DNA from: Balanoglossus misakiensis
Lineage: Eukaryota > Animalia > Hemichordata
Direction of reading: 5' to 3'
Length of the DNA: 64,000 nt
NCBI GenBank assembly: GCA_040954595.2
Contig: CM082581.2
Coordinates: 7,524,059 to 7,588,058, forward strand
A program made the translations under genes and the position numbers. Shown piece by piece: positions 1-16,566 of the stretch; position 1 is the first letter of the stretch; each line of letters starts with the position of its first letter. The notes below the pieces were generated by a model. It saw nothing but the letters and a program-made list of their open reading frames with translations. It was not told the origin of the DNA and made no database searches.

Positions 1-68
1 ATACACAACAATGGGATTGTACCAAAGTGAGTCTGTATGTATAACATATCTACAATAACAATACTTAC

Positions 69-1088
69 AATGTTGACACATAGAGACTGCGCCAAAGTAG
101 GACATCATAAATAGAATTCAGTGTTTGACAAGTTAAAATCACCGCCCGTCTCAAATCGAGAATGAACTCTCTGTACTGCGATAAAGCCAGTTTCACTTCC
201 CACTCCTCCTGCTCTTGCACATCCTGTTGTGTCGTGGTCAGCAGCCGCACTGCCACCGAGGGCTGCATTATGCCTTTGTCTCCCGGCGTGTGTCTGGATC
301 TTCTGGAGAGAAAGCCCAGGCTGGCCAAGGCTAGTATGAAGAGTAGAACGGCACTAAGGAGATGACCTAGAGTAAGGAGAGAGAAGCTAATTTTAGCCAA
401 GAACCACTGTTGGCTTATTACAGAGAGTACTGAATTGAATGAAATGATAGGACATATCTAATGAATAAAATAACATTGCAGACACAACCATAAGTCACTC
501 ATAAGAGACACATTTTCATTGAATACGCACCTTTCGTTGTTGTGACACAAAGTAAATTACAAAGCACCCAGCAAAGAATTGTCAATGCAGGAAACTCCCA
601 GCTAAAACAAGAAAGGCAGAGAATACTACTTATTAAGTCAGATTTGAACCATTCATTCAAATTTGCAAGCTACCAAACAGTGTCTTGTATGAAACATTAT
701 AAATGGGCTACCAGTGTGGTCACTTTTCTTAACATCTCCCCCCCCATGTCAGCAAACGTATACATAGCTCTGGACTTATGCGCTGTTTGGGTCTACGCTG
801 GGACGGAGAGCAGCGTAGACCCAAACAGCGCATAAGTCCAGAGCTAACGTATACATATCATAATCATTACCTTAAAATGTAGGACACTGTCTTTATGAAC
901 TGCACCACTGGTTCAGATAGCGCTTCTAAACTCCTGACATTGTTTATAAGCAACCCTACGTCACATTTTCCCATCGGTTTATACGTTTCCCTCGGTTCAT
1001 CGTCACAATTCGCTGAAGTCGACGACGACACTTCGGTAGCACTGCTGCTTCCCATAACAGCTTCTGCAGGCGTCGGCTCGTTGGCCAT
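69..1088 (-). CDS. ZFYVE27: Protrudin (zinc finger FYVE domain-containing 27), first three coding exons; gene continues beyond the left edge of the window
   Basis: Exons 1088-871, 601-531 and 366-69 join in frame with GT-AG introns (phases 2,1,2). Translation: MANEPTP...CDVGLLINNVRSLEALSEPVVQFIKTVSYILSWEFPALTILCWVLCNLLCVTTTKGHLLSAVLLFILALASLGFL...QYREFILDLRRAVILTCQTLNSIYDVLLWRSLYVST. This parallels the N-terminal hydrophobic region of human protrudin as I recall it (FDLFNLVLSYKRLEIYLEP...VRYLLRWQMP...YRVLHWENPVVSSQFY). The FYVE domain would lie outside the window. Confidence 0.8.
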
Positions 1089-1489
1089 ACCACAGACTCC
1101 TAGCAGTAGACAGACATATGAGACACCAAGATAACGAGAAATATCGTGACTCTAAGCAAATTTCATTTGAAACATCTCGAAGAACCCCGGCACATCTACA
1201 TCAAGAGCAATGAAAACATCCGTGTAGCTTCTCAGAGACTTTTATCGGCCATTTTGGATGTTGGCTTCTGGGATGGAGAGAGGTTGACCTTTTGTGAGGT
1301 CACCGAAGGTCATTGAACTATCGTGTTTCTTCAGAAGACAATACATGTACCTGGCAGATATGGTTGAGGGCGCTTTCAGCAGCAAATATGCTGGGGGAGG
1401 GGGGGGGGTTTGTCTGCACAGATTTGAAGCAGACGTCATTGAACTGAACGAATCTCGAAACGCTGCCTTGCAGGTGTGTTCGTTAATCA

Positions 1490-1806
1490 TTATTATATTA
1501 TACCAGTATATTGATGGTGTAAATCACGCTATTTGATTGGTCGAGACACGACACGTGACCGTGATATATTAGCCATATACCACAGTCATATATCATAGTC
1601 AAAGAAAATGCCTTTTTAAAATGTTTTAAGCAAAGTTTCAATATACTGGCATAATATAATAGCAATAAAACACCCCCAGCCATGGTATACCACTCGATTT
1701 TGACCAGTTCAACTCCAGATACGCACTCGCTATCGCTCGTGCGTATATGTCGTGAACTGGTCAAAATCTCGTGGTATACCATGGCTGGGGGTGTTTTATT
1801 GCTTAA
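1490..1806. mobile_element. Non-autonomous interspersed element ending in a long palindrome (possibly Crypton-related)
   Basis: Near-perfect inverted repeat at 1661-1803: AGCAATAAAACACCCCCAGCCATGGTATACCAC..GATTTTGACCAGTTCA / TGAACTGGTCAAAATC..GTGGTATACCATGGCTGGGGGTGTTTTATTGCT. The left boundary is approximate and the family assignment is inference. Confidence 0.55.
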
Positions 1807-2463
1807 TTTGATCATGTTTGTTATTGTAGCACTGTACGAGTTTCTCCCCTTCAAGTTCAACCATTACAAGTGCCTTGTGAGAGTGGCGTCGTTTCATGCG
1901 AAGGGGGTGGGGGTGACCAGGTTGGGTGGGGGGGGGAGGGTCGAGGGAGTAAAATGATCACTCTGCTAGTATAAAGAGGGTGTGAATCCCTATACCCCTC
2001 ACTAGTGAATATGACTGATTTATGTGACACAACGTCCTTGAGCTGGGAGGGGGGGGGTGTAATGCAAAATACGTTGTACATAGCAGGGGGGGGGGGGGGT
2101 GGCTTACATCCCATGCAATGAACCAAACAAACAAACATAAACACGCACACATACAGTCTGGTAGATGTAGCAACAGCAAATTTGATCTCAACACCTACCG
2201 GGTAAGTTCAGATCATTTGCTCCACCCCACCCCACCCCCAGGATGGCAAAATCTGCATATTCATGACAGTCACATATGTGCGGATATATATAAGATACTT
2301 TCAGCGACTAACTTATACTATATCAGTTTTTAAATAGGACAATTTGGTAATTACCATGGTATAATGACCTAGTATACGGTATACGGGTATAACTACTTTT
2401 CATTCCTAATTTATCGTCAGATTTTTCTGCACAAGCAACACATATTGGTTAGCATTGATCCAC

Positions 2464-8694
<6,231 letters not shown>

Positions 8695-8869
8695 ACCGTT
8701 GTGGTCTTTTCGCTTGTTTTACACCAGTGAAATTGGAGAGAGAGATGACAGTTTTATGAATAGTACACGTACGTGCAGTCAACACTTGGTTAAGGGAGGG
8801 TGGCTGTGACTTTTGAGTACATGTATTTGTTTTCAAAAGTTGTCTTATGTTATTTAATAACTGTAAGTA

Positions 8870-9058
8870 AATAAATGAAAGGTTTGGAGGCAAATCTTTT
8901 GTCTTAAACTGTCCACAAGGCGAAATCGTTCACTGAATATATTAACTTGAACTGGTGAAAAAATTGATGTGGTCTAATATAACATGAGGCAGTGTTCAGA
9001 ATTAGTAAAAGCATGTGTCATTTTAACGATGAAGTTTATTCTGTAAGTTGCAAATAAA
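8870..9058 (+). terminator. Candidate GAA polyadenylation signals
   Basis: AATAAA at 8870-8875 and 9053-9058 downstream of the stop codon, each followed by T/GT-rich sequence. Confidence 0.5.
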
Positions 9059-9531
9059 ACACGGAAGAAAATTATAACTGGTCTGGCGTTCCATTCACTT
9101 TTGTCTCCATTTGCTAACTTTCATATGAACGATATCCTTGCATGTTGTGCGCAAAACGTTGACGTGAAATGTCGTCACGAATAGCGCCCTCTTTAGTTTG
9201 ACAAAATTTTAAAATGGGACTATGATGGTGTGACTTCTATGTACATGAACTTGAGCAGGGAGTTAAATATATATATTTTGTTTCATGTAATCACCGATTA
9301 CTCAACATGATTTATTCGAAGATAAAGGTCAACCCACCGACCAGAATGCCACGGACATTTACCATTACTTTTATCATCAAACCTGTTTGGACAAAGTTCA
9401 CAACCATTGGTTCACATTCAAGTTCACTGTATGCTATACTAGCCAAACTGTATGCAAGATCACAGTTCGATGACATAGGCCTACTAGTACATTGATCGAC
9501 ATATACCGACACATTTTCCCCGCTGACCACG

Positions 9532-12500
9532 ATGGTGGAGACGGTTAAACTTGCCAGTGGTGGACTGATGCCACAACTGGGTCTGGGCACCTGGCAGGTA
9601 AGTTAGTCGATACACTGTATTGTTCAAACAAGAAGCAAACGTCTACTCCAAGCCACAAGAAGAAAAACAACGCACCCGTTGCACGTACAGTGAAAACTGT
9701 CTTAATATATAAAGGCACGTAATATATCACCTCGAGAAGTTTTTTGAAAGATTTAGAGTTTGAATAAGGTTTTTATAATTCAGATTGTAGAACTTGAAAT
9801 GCTTAAAGGTACATGAGCTGCAACTGGATAAAAAATTAAAGTTTTAAATAATCTCATATATGCTTTTAATTATGTCTATTAAATGCTATTTCATGATAAT
9901 ATATCAAGCTCAACACTTATTTATGACAAAATGGCCAAAAATTAAAGAAAAACGAAAATTCCTGCAATTTTTAAAAAAGTGCAATATTGCAATGAAAAAT
10001 GAAAATCTGATGTCTCAGTGGTGTACATTTTACTTCCATGAGCTCAAGTGGATGAGATCATGTTTTGTTTATGAAGTTTCACAACCGGAAATGCGACATT
10101 TTCATTGTTTCTTGCATTTTCCCACGGTGGCGGCCATAATCGCTTGCGGCAAAGCTTTATTATTTATCTGGTTAAAACTTGAGAAGTTGAGAAGGGGCTG
10201 CAAAAAACGGGCCGGAAGTGCCACGTCAGCTTCACCGAAAGAAATTTGTATATCAGAGAGATTAATGCACAAGAAGATAAGCACGTCAGTTTATCGCCAG
10301 TTTCCACTTAAACAAACGTCTCCAAAAACACGGGGCGGGACCACGTCCAGTTTCTGCAAGATTAAATTGTGTTCTTTGCCCTGGATATTTGCACTTTGCA
10401 GTCTGCTCCTGGAGAAGTCTTTCAAGCCGTGAAGAGCGCCATCAACATCGGGTATCGCCACCTTGACTGCGCCTTTGTCTACAAAAACGAACATGAGATA
10501 GGCAATGCTCTTTCTGAGAAGTTTCGTGATGGTACCATCAGAAGAGAAGATATTTTCATAACAAGTAAAGTAAGATTTCAAATATGTCAATACTTAATAC
10601 AAAAATATCCATAATCTATGACTTTGTTATAATAACTCTAAATATTCTCTTGAAATATCTCCAATTCTTCGATATCAAATGACGTCAGACTCGCTCAGGC
10701 GGCAGTTACGTTCGCAGTCAAATTTCCAGATGACGGGCAACTTCAGCAACGTTGACTTAAGTGGTGCAGACAAAGACTGCAGACGAAATGCAATGAGGCT
10801 GCATGATGAGGCAGCATACCTGATACATGTTATGCGTTTGGCGGCTCTAATAAGAACCTTGGTGATAATTGTTAATTTTTAATGAGAAATTATCATCACA
10901 TCGACTGAAAATAAGACTTTGTCAGCTAGAACCTTGAGTAGTTTTGACTTTGTAGGGTGTAAAACGTAAGAACCACGGTTTTTCGGTAAGATCCACGGCT
11001 ATGCATAAAATGCCTATTTAAGAACCTTGGTGATTTCGGAGAGATAAATTACGATAATTGTTAATTTTAATGAGAAATTATCATCACATCGACTGAAAAT
11101 AAGACTTTGTCAGCTAGAACCTCGAGTAGTTTTGACTTTGTAGGGTGTAAAACGTAAGAACCACGATTTTTCGGTAAGAACCACGGCTATGCATGAAAAT
11201 GCCTATTTTTAAAAGTAAAAACATACTCGGAAAAACTTTTACTGGATGCCGAAATATTGCTTGCCCGTCATATGAAAATGACAACGCCGTGGGGCACATG
11301 GCCATCTCGCGTGATTGATAGTAAAGAATAGCAATACATTATTATCTATTTCCTCAACAGTTATGGGTGACCTATTTACGTCCGGAGCTAGTAAGAGAGG
11401 GATGTGTGAAGACACTAAGCAACTTAAAACTGGAATATTTAGATCTCTACTTGATTCATGCACCAACAGCATTGAAGGTGAATTCTCAGTGCGTCTGTTG
11501 TATTTTGATGTGATATCTGTCTAAAATTAACTGAAAGCTTGATGCATTATATTTTTGTTGTTGTTGATAGCTATCAAGACTCCTTCAATCACGTCTACCG
11601 GACGAATTATGGATTTAGCATGCATGTTCTTAGGCAGACAACAAACAAACATCTTTTCTAACACACCGTCATTGCAAGAGCTGCCACTTTTGCATTATTT
11701 TCACAACTATTTACTTTCCAACTTAGATTGGTCGATCTAAATAAGCTTACTGATATATATGCATGAAGATCTTACCAACGCCCAATTCTGGCTGCATGTA
11801 TGTTGCAATTTGAACAAGTGATATTAAACGGGTGCCCCACCCATTTAATCTGCCTCATTCAAAGAGTCCACAACTATTGTGGTATGCATCACCAAGATAT
11901 CATGACACGTTGATACAAATAAATGTGATGTGTGGCTTAGCCTAATGGTGAGGATTTGGAAGGATATGGAGAAGATATGAAGTATTTTATTGTAGGAAAA
12001 AATGTGTGAAATTTGGCTGTTCGTGGGGCTTTTAGGTTAGTTCCAATTTAAACAAGACAGTAACAATACTGGTAATTTGACAGTAAACTGTTACTGTGTT
12101 GTAAAATATACCACTATCTTCCCAGCCTAGTGAGGCCATCCTGCCAATGAATGATTCTGGGGAGGTTCTTATTGATGACGTCGACTACGTTGATACTTGG
12201 AAGGTAAGTTTATACATGTATTGACGCATTCAACTACTCAAATGTAATAGTCAGGCCTGTTATCAGACATCCAAAACCTTCATAAAATGACTGTAGTATA
12301 ATGCATGTTGTCAATGTCAAGAACTTCGTTTTGAGAAATTTGGTTTCGTTTTCCAGTAATTGTTTAATACCCCCCCAAAAAAAAAAAAAATAATAAGTAG
12401 CCAGTAGCCGAACACTACACAACCTTGTGTGTGGCTGAACTCACTAACACAGGAGTTGAAAAAGTAAACTATGCTGGCCAATTCACCATGTTAGAAAGCG

Positions 12501-14420
12501 GAAGCATTTGTTGACATTGAAAACGATGTGTGTCGATCGTATTGCAGGCAATGGAAAAACTAGTCGATGAAGGCTTGTGTAAGTCAATTGGCGTGTCCAA
12601 TTTCAATGAAAAGCAATTGGACCGCATTCTGTCAACAGCTAAACACCCAGTGTCTGTACACCAGGTAAGTGCGCAGTTGTCACTTCTACGAGTAAAAATA
12701 CTGTTCACCAACTATACAATACCTGCATTTCCCAATTCTTTGCGGAAATGAAATTGTCTGTTGCGTTTCAATATTTATTGCGAATGTTGTCCCCCGGCTA
12801 TCAAATAAGGACAGTAAACAAACAAGCAGACCGATGGAAAAGTAATATAGGAGACTGAACGATGTAATGGTTTCATCAATTGTTGCTGCATATCAACTGA
12901 TTGCATAGGGCGATGAAACTTGCCTCGATCAGTATGACGTCATCTGGCTAAGCCAGCCAATCATTGCAGAAAGGAGACGCTCACTCTGGTAGTATCATTG
13001 TCTCTTGCAGATAGAATGCCACCCATACTTGACGCAGCAGAAAATGAGGACTTTTTGTAAATCAAAGAACATCGTTGTGACAGCCTACAGCCCCCTGGGT
13101 TCCCCCGGGGCGCCATTGTAAGCACATTTGTGAGGAAATTTACCAATTCAGGACCAAACCGTTCTCTAATTGACTGATTTTTTTATCAAAGTCTTTTGCA
13201 AATCACGTCGTTGTCAGTTGCGCTACTGTACCCAGGTGGTGACGGTTACAGCAATGCGAAGCACCTGGGGGGGGGGGGGTCAATTCTCCTGCATACACGT
13301 GTTGTGCACCTGTTTCAAGTTAACAAATACCAATCAGAGAGCAACCTCGCCAGATCTTTTCATACAAGTTTGATATTGAAGGTTAAATGTTATAGCCGTG
13401 TGCGAAAATTCCATTGAACAATTATCCACAGTAATTCATTCCGTACAGGTGGTTGTCTTTGGCAGTTGTTTGGCTAAAATAAACACCGCCGACCAATTGT
13501 ACCTCAGTCTACAGACGACAAATCAGGTTTTGCTTTTTCCCGTTTCAAATCGCCAGGAAAAACAAAGACACCGTTCCTCGACCTCTCGATGATCCCGTGG
13601 TGACAGCGATTGCGGAATCTCACGGAAAATCCCCGGGGCAGGTTTTAATACGATATCAAATCCAGACGGGTAATGTGGTTATTCCGAAGAGTGCCAAGGA
13701 ACACAGAATCAGAGAGAATTTTGCGGTTTGTAGGACCTTGTTTTGTTTTGTAGTGAAAACAGTACTTTCCTTTACAATAACCAGGCATTATCGCAGTGAC
13801 GAGAACAATTAACATGAATATACATGACATAATTCACTGACAGATAGTATCAAACTTCAAAAACTTCACAGATTTCCCCTTTCATTTTGGTATTGATAGG
13901 CTAGATTTAGACCTCCTATCTTGGACCGTGGCACCAAACTAAAATCTGCGACATGTACCTCATGTCCTACGTTTCTATGAGAGACCTTGTTTGCGATGCA
14001 CTACCACGTCAAACGGTTCCTTCTCTTCTGTTGTCAATAGGTGTTTGACTTCACACTATCTGAAGATGATATGGCCAGACTGAATGGACTGGATCGGAAT
14101 TACCGTGTCCTTGGATTTGACATGTAAGATAAAATACTGTGAATCTAAACGCCACTGATTTCGTTCCAAACAGACTTAGGTGACCTACAGTATATGGAGT
14201 TAGGGTGAAACAAAAAAATAAAATTCTACGTCCATATATTCAAGTTGCACGAATGCATTCATAATATATTCCTCAATATCTTTTCATTTCTCAATGTATG
14301 CGTGGTCACATCTGTGATATAGACACAATGTCAAGTTCGGGAGATTAACCATAATTTATTTTCTTCCTTTAATTCAGGTTGACGAACCATCCGAACTATC
14401 CTTTCGAGTCACGATTGTAG
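9532..14420 (+). CDS. Aldo-keto reductase family 1 protein (aldose/aldehyde reductase-like, AKR1A/AKR1B type), 9 exons, 315 aa, C-terminal SRL
   Basis: Exons 9532-9597, 10402-10569, 11361-11477, 12126-12203, 12548-12664, 13011-13117, 13557-13725, 14041-14123 and 14378-14420 total 948 nt, GT-AG and in frame. Motifs: [21 protein letters not shown] (Asp, Tyr), IFITSKLW (Lys), YLDLYLIH (His), [43 protein letters not shown]. The catalytic tetrad is intact. Subfamily orthology cannot be resolved by eye. Confidence 0.95.
9725..9806. repeat. Interspersed repeat fragment; an inverted copy lies at 41490-41571
   Basis: 82-bp segment TATCACCTCGAGAAG...GAAATGCTTAA matches the reverse complement of 41490-41571 with one mismatch. 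Confidence 0.85.
9803..10150. mobile_element. Probable TTAA-target MITE fragment (starts TTAAAGGTAC) in AKR intron 1
   Basis: Begins exactly at the TTAA where the preceding repeat match stops. The TTAA-AGG start is typical of Kolobok/piggyBac-type MITEs. No matching right terminus was found, so the end is approximate. Confidence 0.35.
10851..11208. repeat. Local tandem duplication (2 copies of ~170-190 bp) in AKR intron 2
   Basis: TAAGAACCTTGGTGAT...GCCTATTT occurs at 10851-11019 and 11019-11208, with a few substitutions and a short insertion in copy 2. Confidence 0.9.
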
Positions 14421-15706
14421 CACCTACAAGTTGACCTGCCATGCCTTGTCAGGCTTACGAATCGCGCCTCAATTAACAAAAAAAAACTGTTCTTATAATT
14501 AAAATATGGACTTACAAGTTTTTATGTTCATGCATGGTTTTATTTGGGGGCTTGTGATTTTTGACACCAATAAGCCGTATAACGAAACATCATGTTCAAT
14601 ATTGCGCAGAATGCACCTTTATAAAAAGAAGTATTCTAGACAACAAAATTTGTTTTTCATTGTCGCAACAGAAGTCACCAGACTTCTCGGTTTGGCAGAC
14701 CTACCACAACAGGACAGATATAAACACGTGTTGTTCTCAAGAAAATCAACACAGCGCGTTTCTCCTTTCGTAAAATAAATCTAGTCGATTCTGAATATAA
14801 CCAACAGATTTCCCATATCGTATTAGGCCAAGTCATGCTGTTCATGCCCCCCCCCCCCCTTATTTGTGGTATGTGCTTCGCGTTGTTGATTTGTGGGTCT
14901 GTGGCCCATATGATACCTATCTACAGTGATCTAGGTCAACGCACGATCCCAACCTTCGGACCTTTGCCCTGTCTACTGTACTTCCTTCGTAACAATCTGA
15001 AAACAAACTTTGTGTTGATGTCGTTGTTGTCGTAGTCATTTTATCGTTGTATATGCAACAAAAACAACTATTCTTGCCAACAATTATTCCATAAAAAGTC
15101 TTCCCGGAATTCTACGTAGATAGGAAACTACTAGTATTCGTTGTAACGCAATATCGGGTGTGTGTAACCTCAGTGGTCAAGATGTGAAGTAGGCGTATCC
15201 CCCAGTCTAAGGTCGTACCTGTGCCAAAACGGTATCTCTATGGTGTGTCGTTAGCCACACATTACACGACACCGAAGTAAGATGTGAAATAACAGTTCTT
15301 GTAAATTGCGACGATTGCAATAATATGCCCTACTCTCGAACCAGATACCATTTCCGGCGACTCGTGGAATCTGAACCCCATATCCACATACACAGATTGT
15401 CCACTTCCGTCGCTTCGTCGAATACGTTAACTCTTTGGCCCCTGCGCAAATTACTTATGTGTACGCGTGTACAGTTTTCGGTGACTGGTGGAAATGCTTC
15501 TCCGAATGAGCAGCGGCAAAACTAATTGCTATTTTACAGGACCTTGCCTGTATGACAAAAATCTTTAGAAAATTTAACTTAGGGAGAATAATGAAAGGTT
15601 GATTATCTCTGACATAAACTTGAGTATACACGCAAAGATTGTTTTATCTTGGTGGAAATTACAATGTGGTCATTAATTAGAGACATCATGGGAAACAAAG
15701 GAATCT

Positions 15707-15804
<98 letters not shown>
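15707..15804. repeat. (ATG)n perfect microsatellite
   Basis: About 32 uninterrupted ATG units. Confidence 0.97.
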
Positions 15805-16100
15805 TCTGTAAACATAGCCGCTTACACACGTGCCATGATTAGGGCGCCCTTTTTGGAATTATATAACAGTTGGTAAACATTTCTTATCAGCGACTCAAAT
15901 GGTAAACATGGTGGTGATACAATCTATCGCCAAGACACGTTTACACGGATCTGCATAATTCACTCCGTGTCAACAGGATGGTGGAGATTTAGCTGGAAAT
16001 CAACTGAGGGGAGAACCACTGGCAATAGAAACAAAGATTGCTGTAACAGTGGCTGAACATAAACATTTTGCTTTAATACGTACCCAAATCGACCTCCAAC

Positions 16101-16325
16101 TTCTCAGAAATCAATTCTCCCCTTACATAAGGCTTCCTGTCGATTTCTTCAGAACTCCGTGATATGTAGTATGATATAAAGGGCACGCGAATCGAAGTTC
16201 GGGCATATTCTCCACAGGCAACCGCTACGAGAACAGAGCCCAGAAGCAGATAAAACAGTGGTAAAGTTTTCACCGTTCAATTTCTTGTTAATCATCTGGC
16301 TTTGCTGCAGCGTTAGAACATATAG
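16101..16325 (+). promoter_or_regulatory. Putative promoter and non-coding first exon of the resistin-like gene
   Basis: TTCTCAGAA (16101-16109), TTCTTCAGAA (16145-16154), TATAAA (16175-16180) and a strong donor AG|GTAAG after 16325. The coding exon is preceded by a pyrimidine-rich acceptor ending at 16553. Confidence 0.5.
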
Positions 16326-16566
16326 GTAAGATAAGCATATTTGTCAAAGTTCGTACATGTACAGTTCTGTTATATGAATGATGGTACCGACAGTCGGTGT
16401 AGGACGCATGTGGTATCCATTACCTTGTAGTGAATTAGAATTACTTCTCGAGACTGGCGGTACATCACACCCCCGTGCTTAAAAAGACAATTTCTAGGCC
16501 CATATGTACATAAGATTTATACAGTGTACGTCTCTTTCTCCTCGTATCCGCAGACACTTGTACAAG

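Noticed and set aside
1900-2105. G-run cluster with G-quadruplex potential upstream of GAA
   Set aside because: Poly-G/C runs are scattered throughout the window, so this is not locus-specific evidence.
9860-10432. 190-aa ORF in AKR intron 1
   Set aside because: Overlaps a MITE-like AT-rich sequence, has no recognisable domain, and runs out of frame into AKR exon 2.
15603-15876. Poly-Met and poly-Ile ORFs
   Set aside because: Artefacts of the (ATG)n microsatellite.
16073-16273. Minus-strand ORF with a signal-peptide-like start (KTLPLFYLLLGSVLVAVACG)
   Set aside because: Starts at GTG rather than ATG, shows no family motif or linked exons, and overlaps the probable RELM promoter on the opposite strand.
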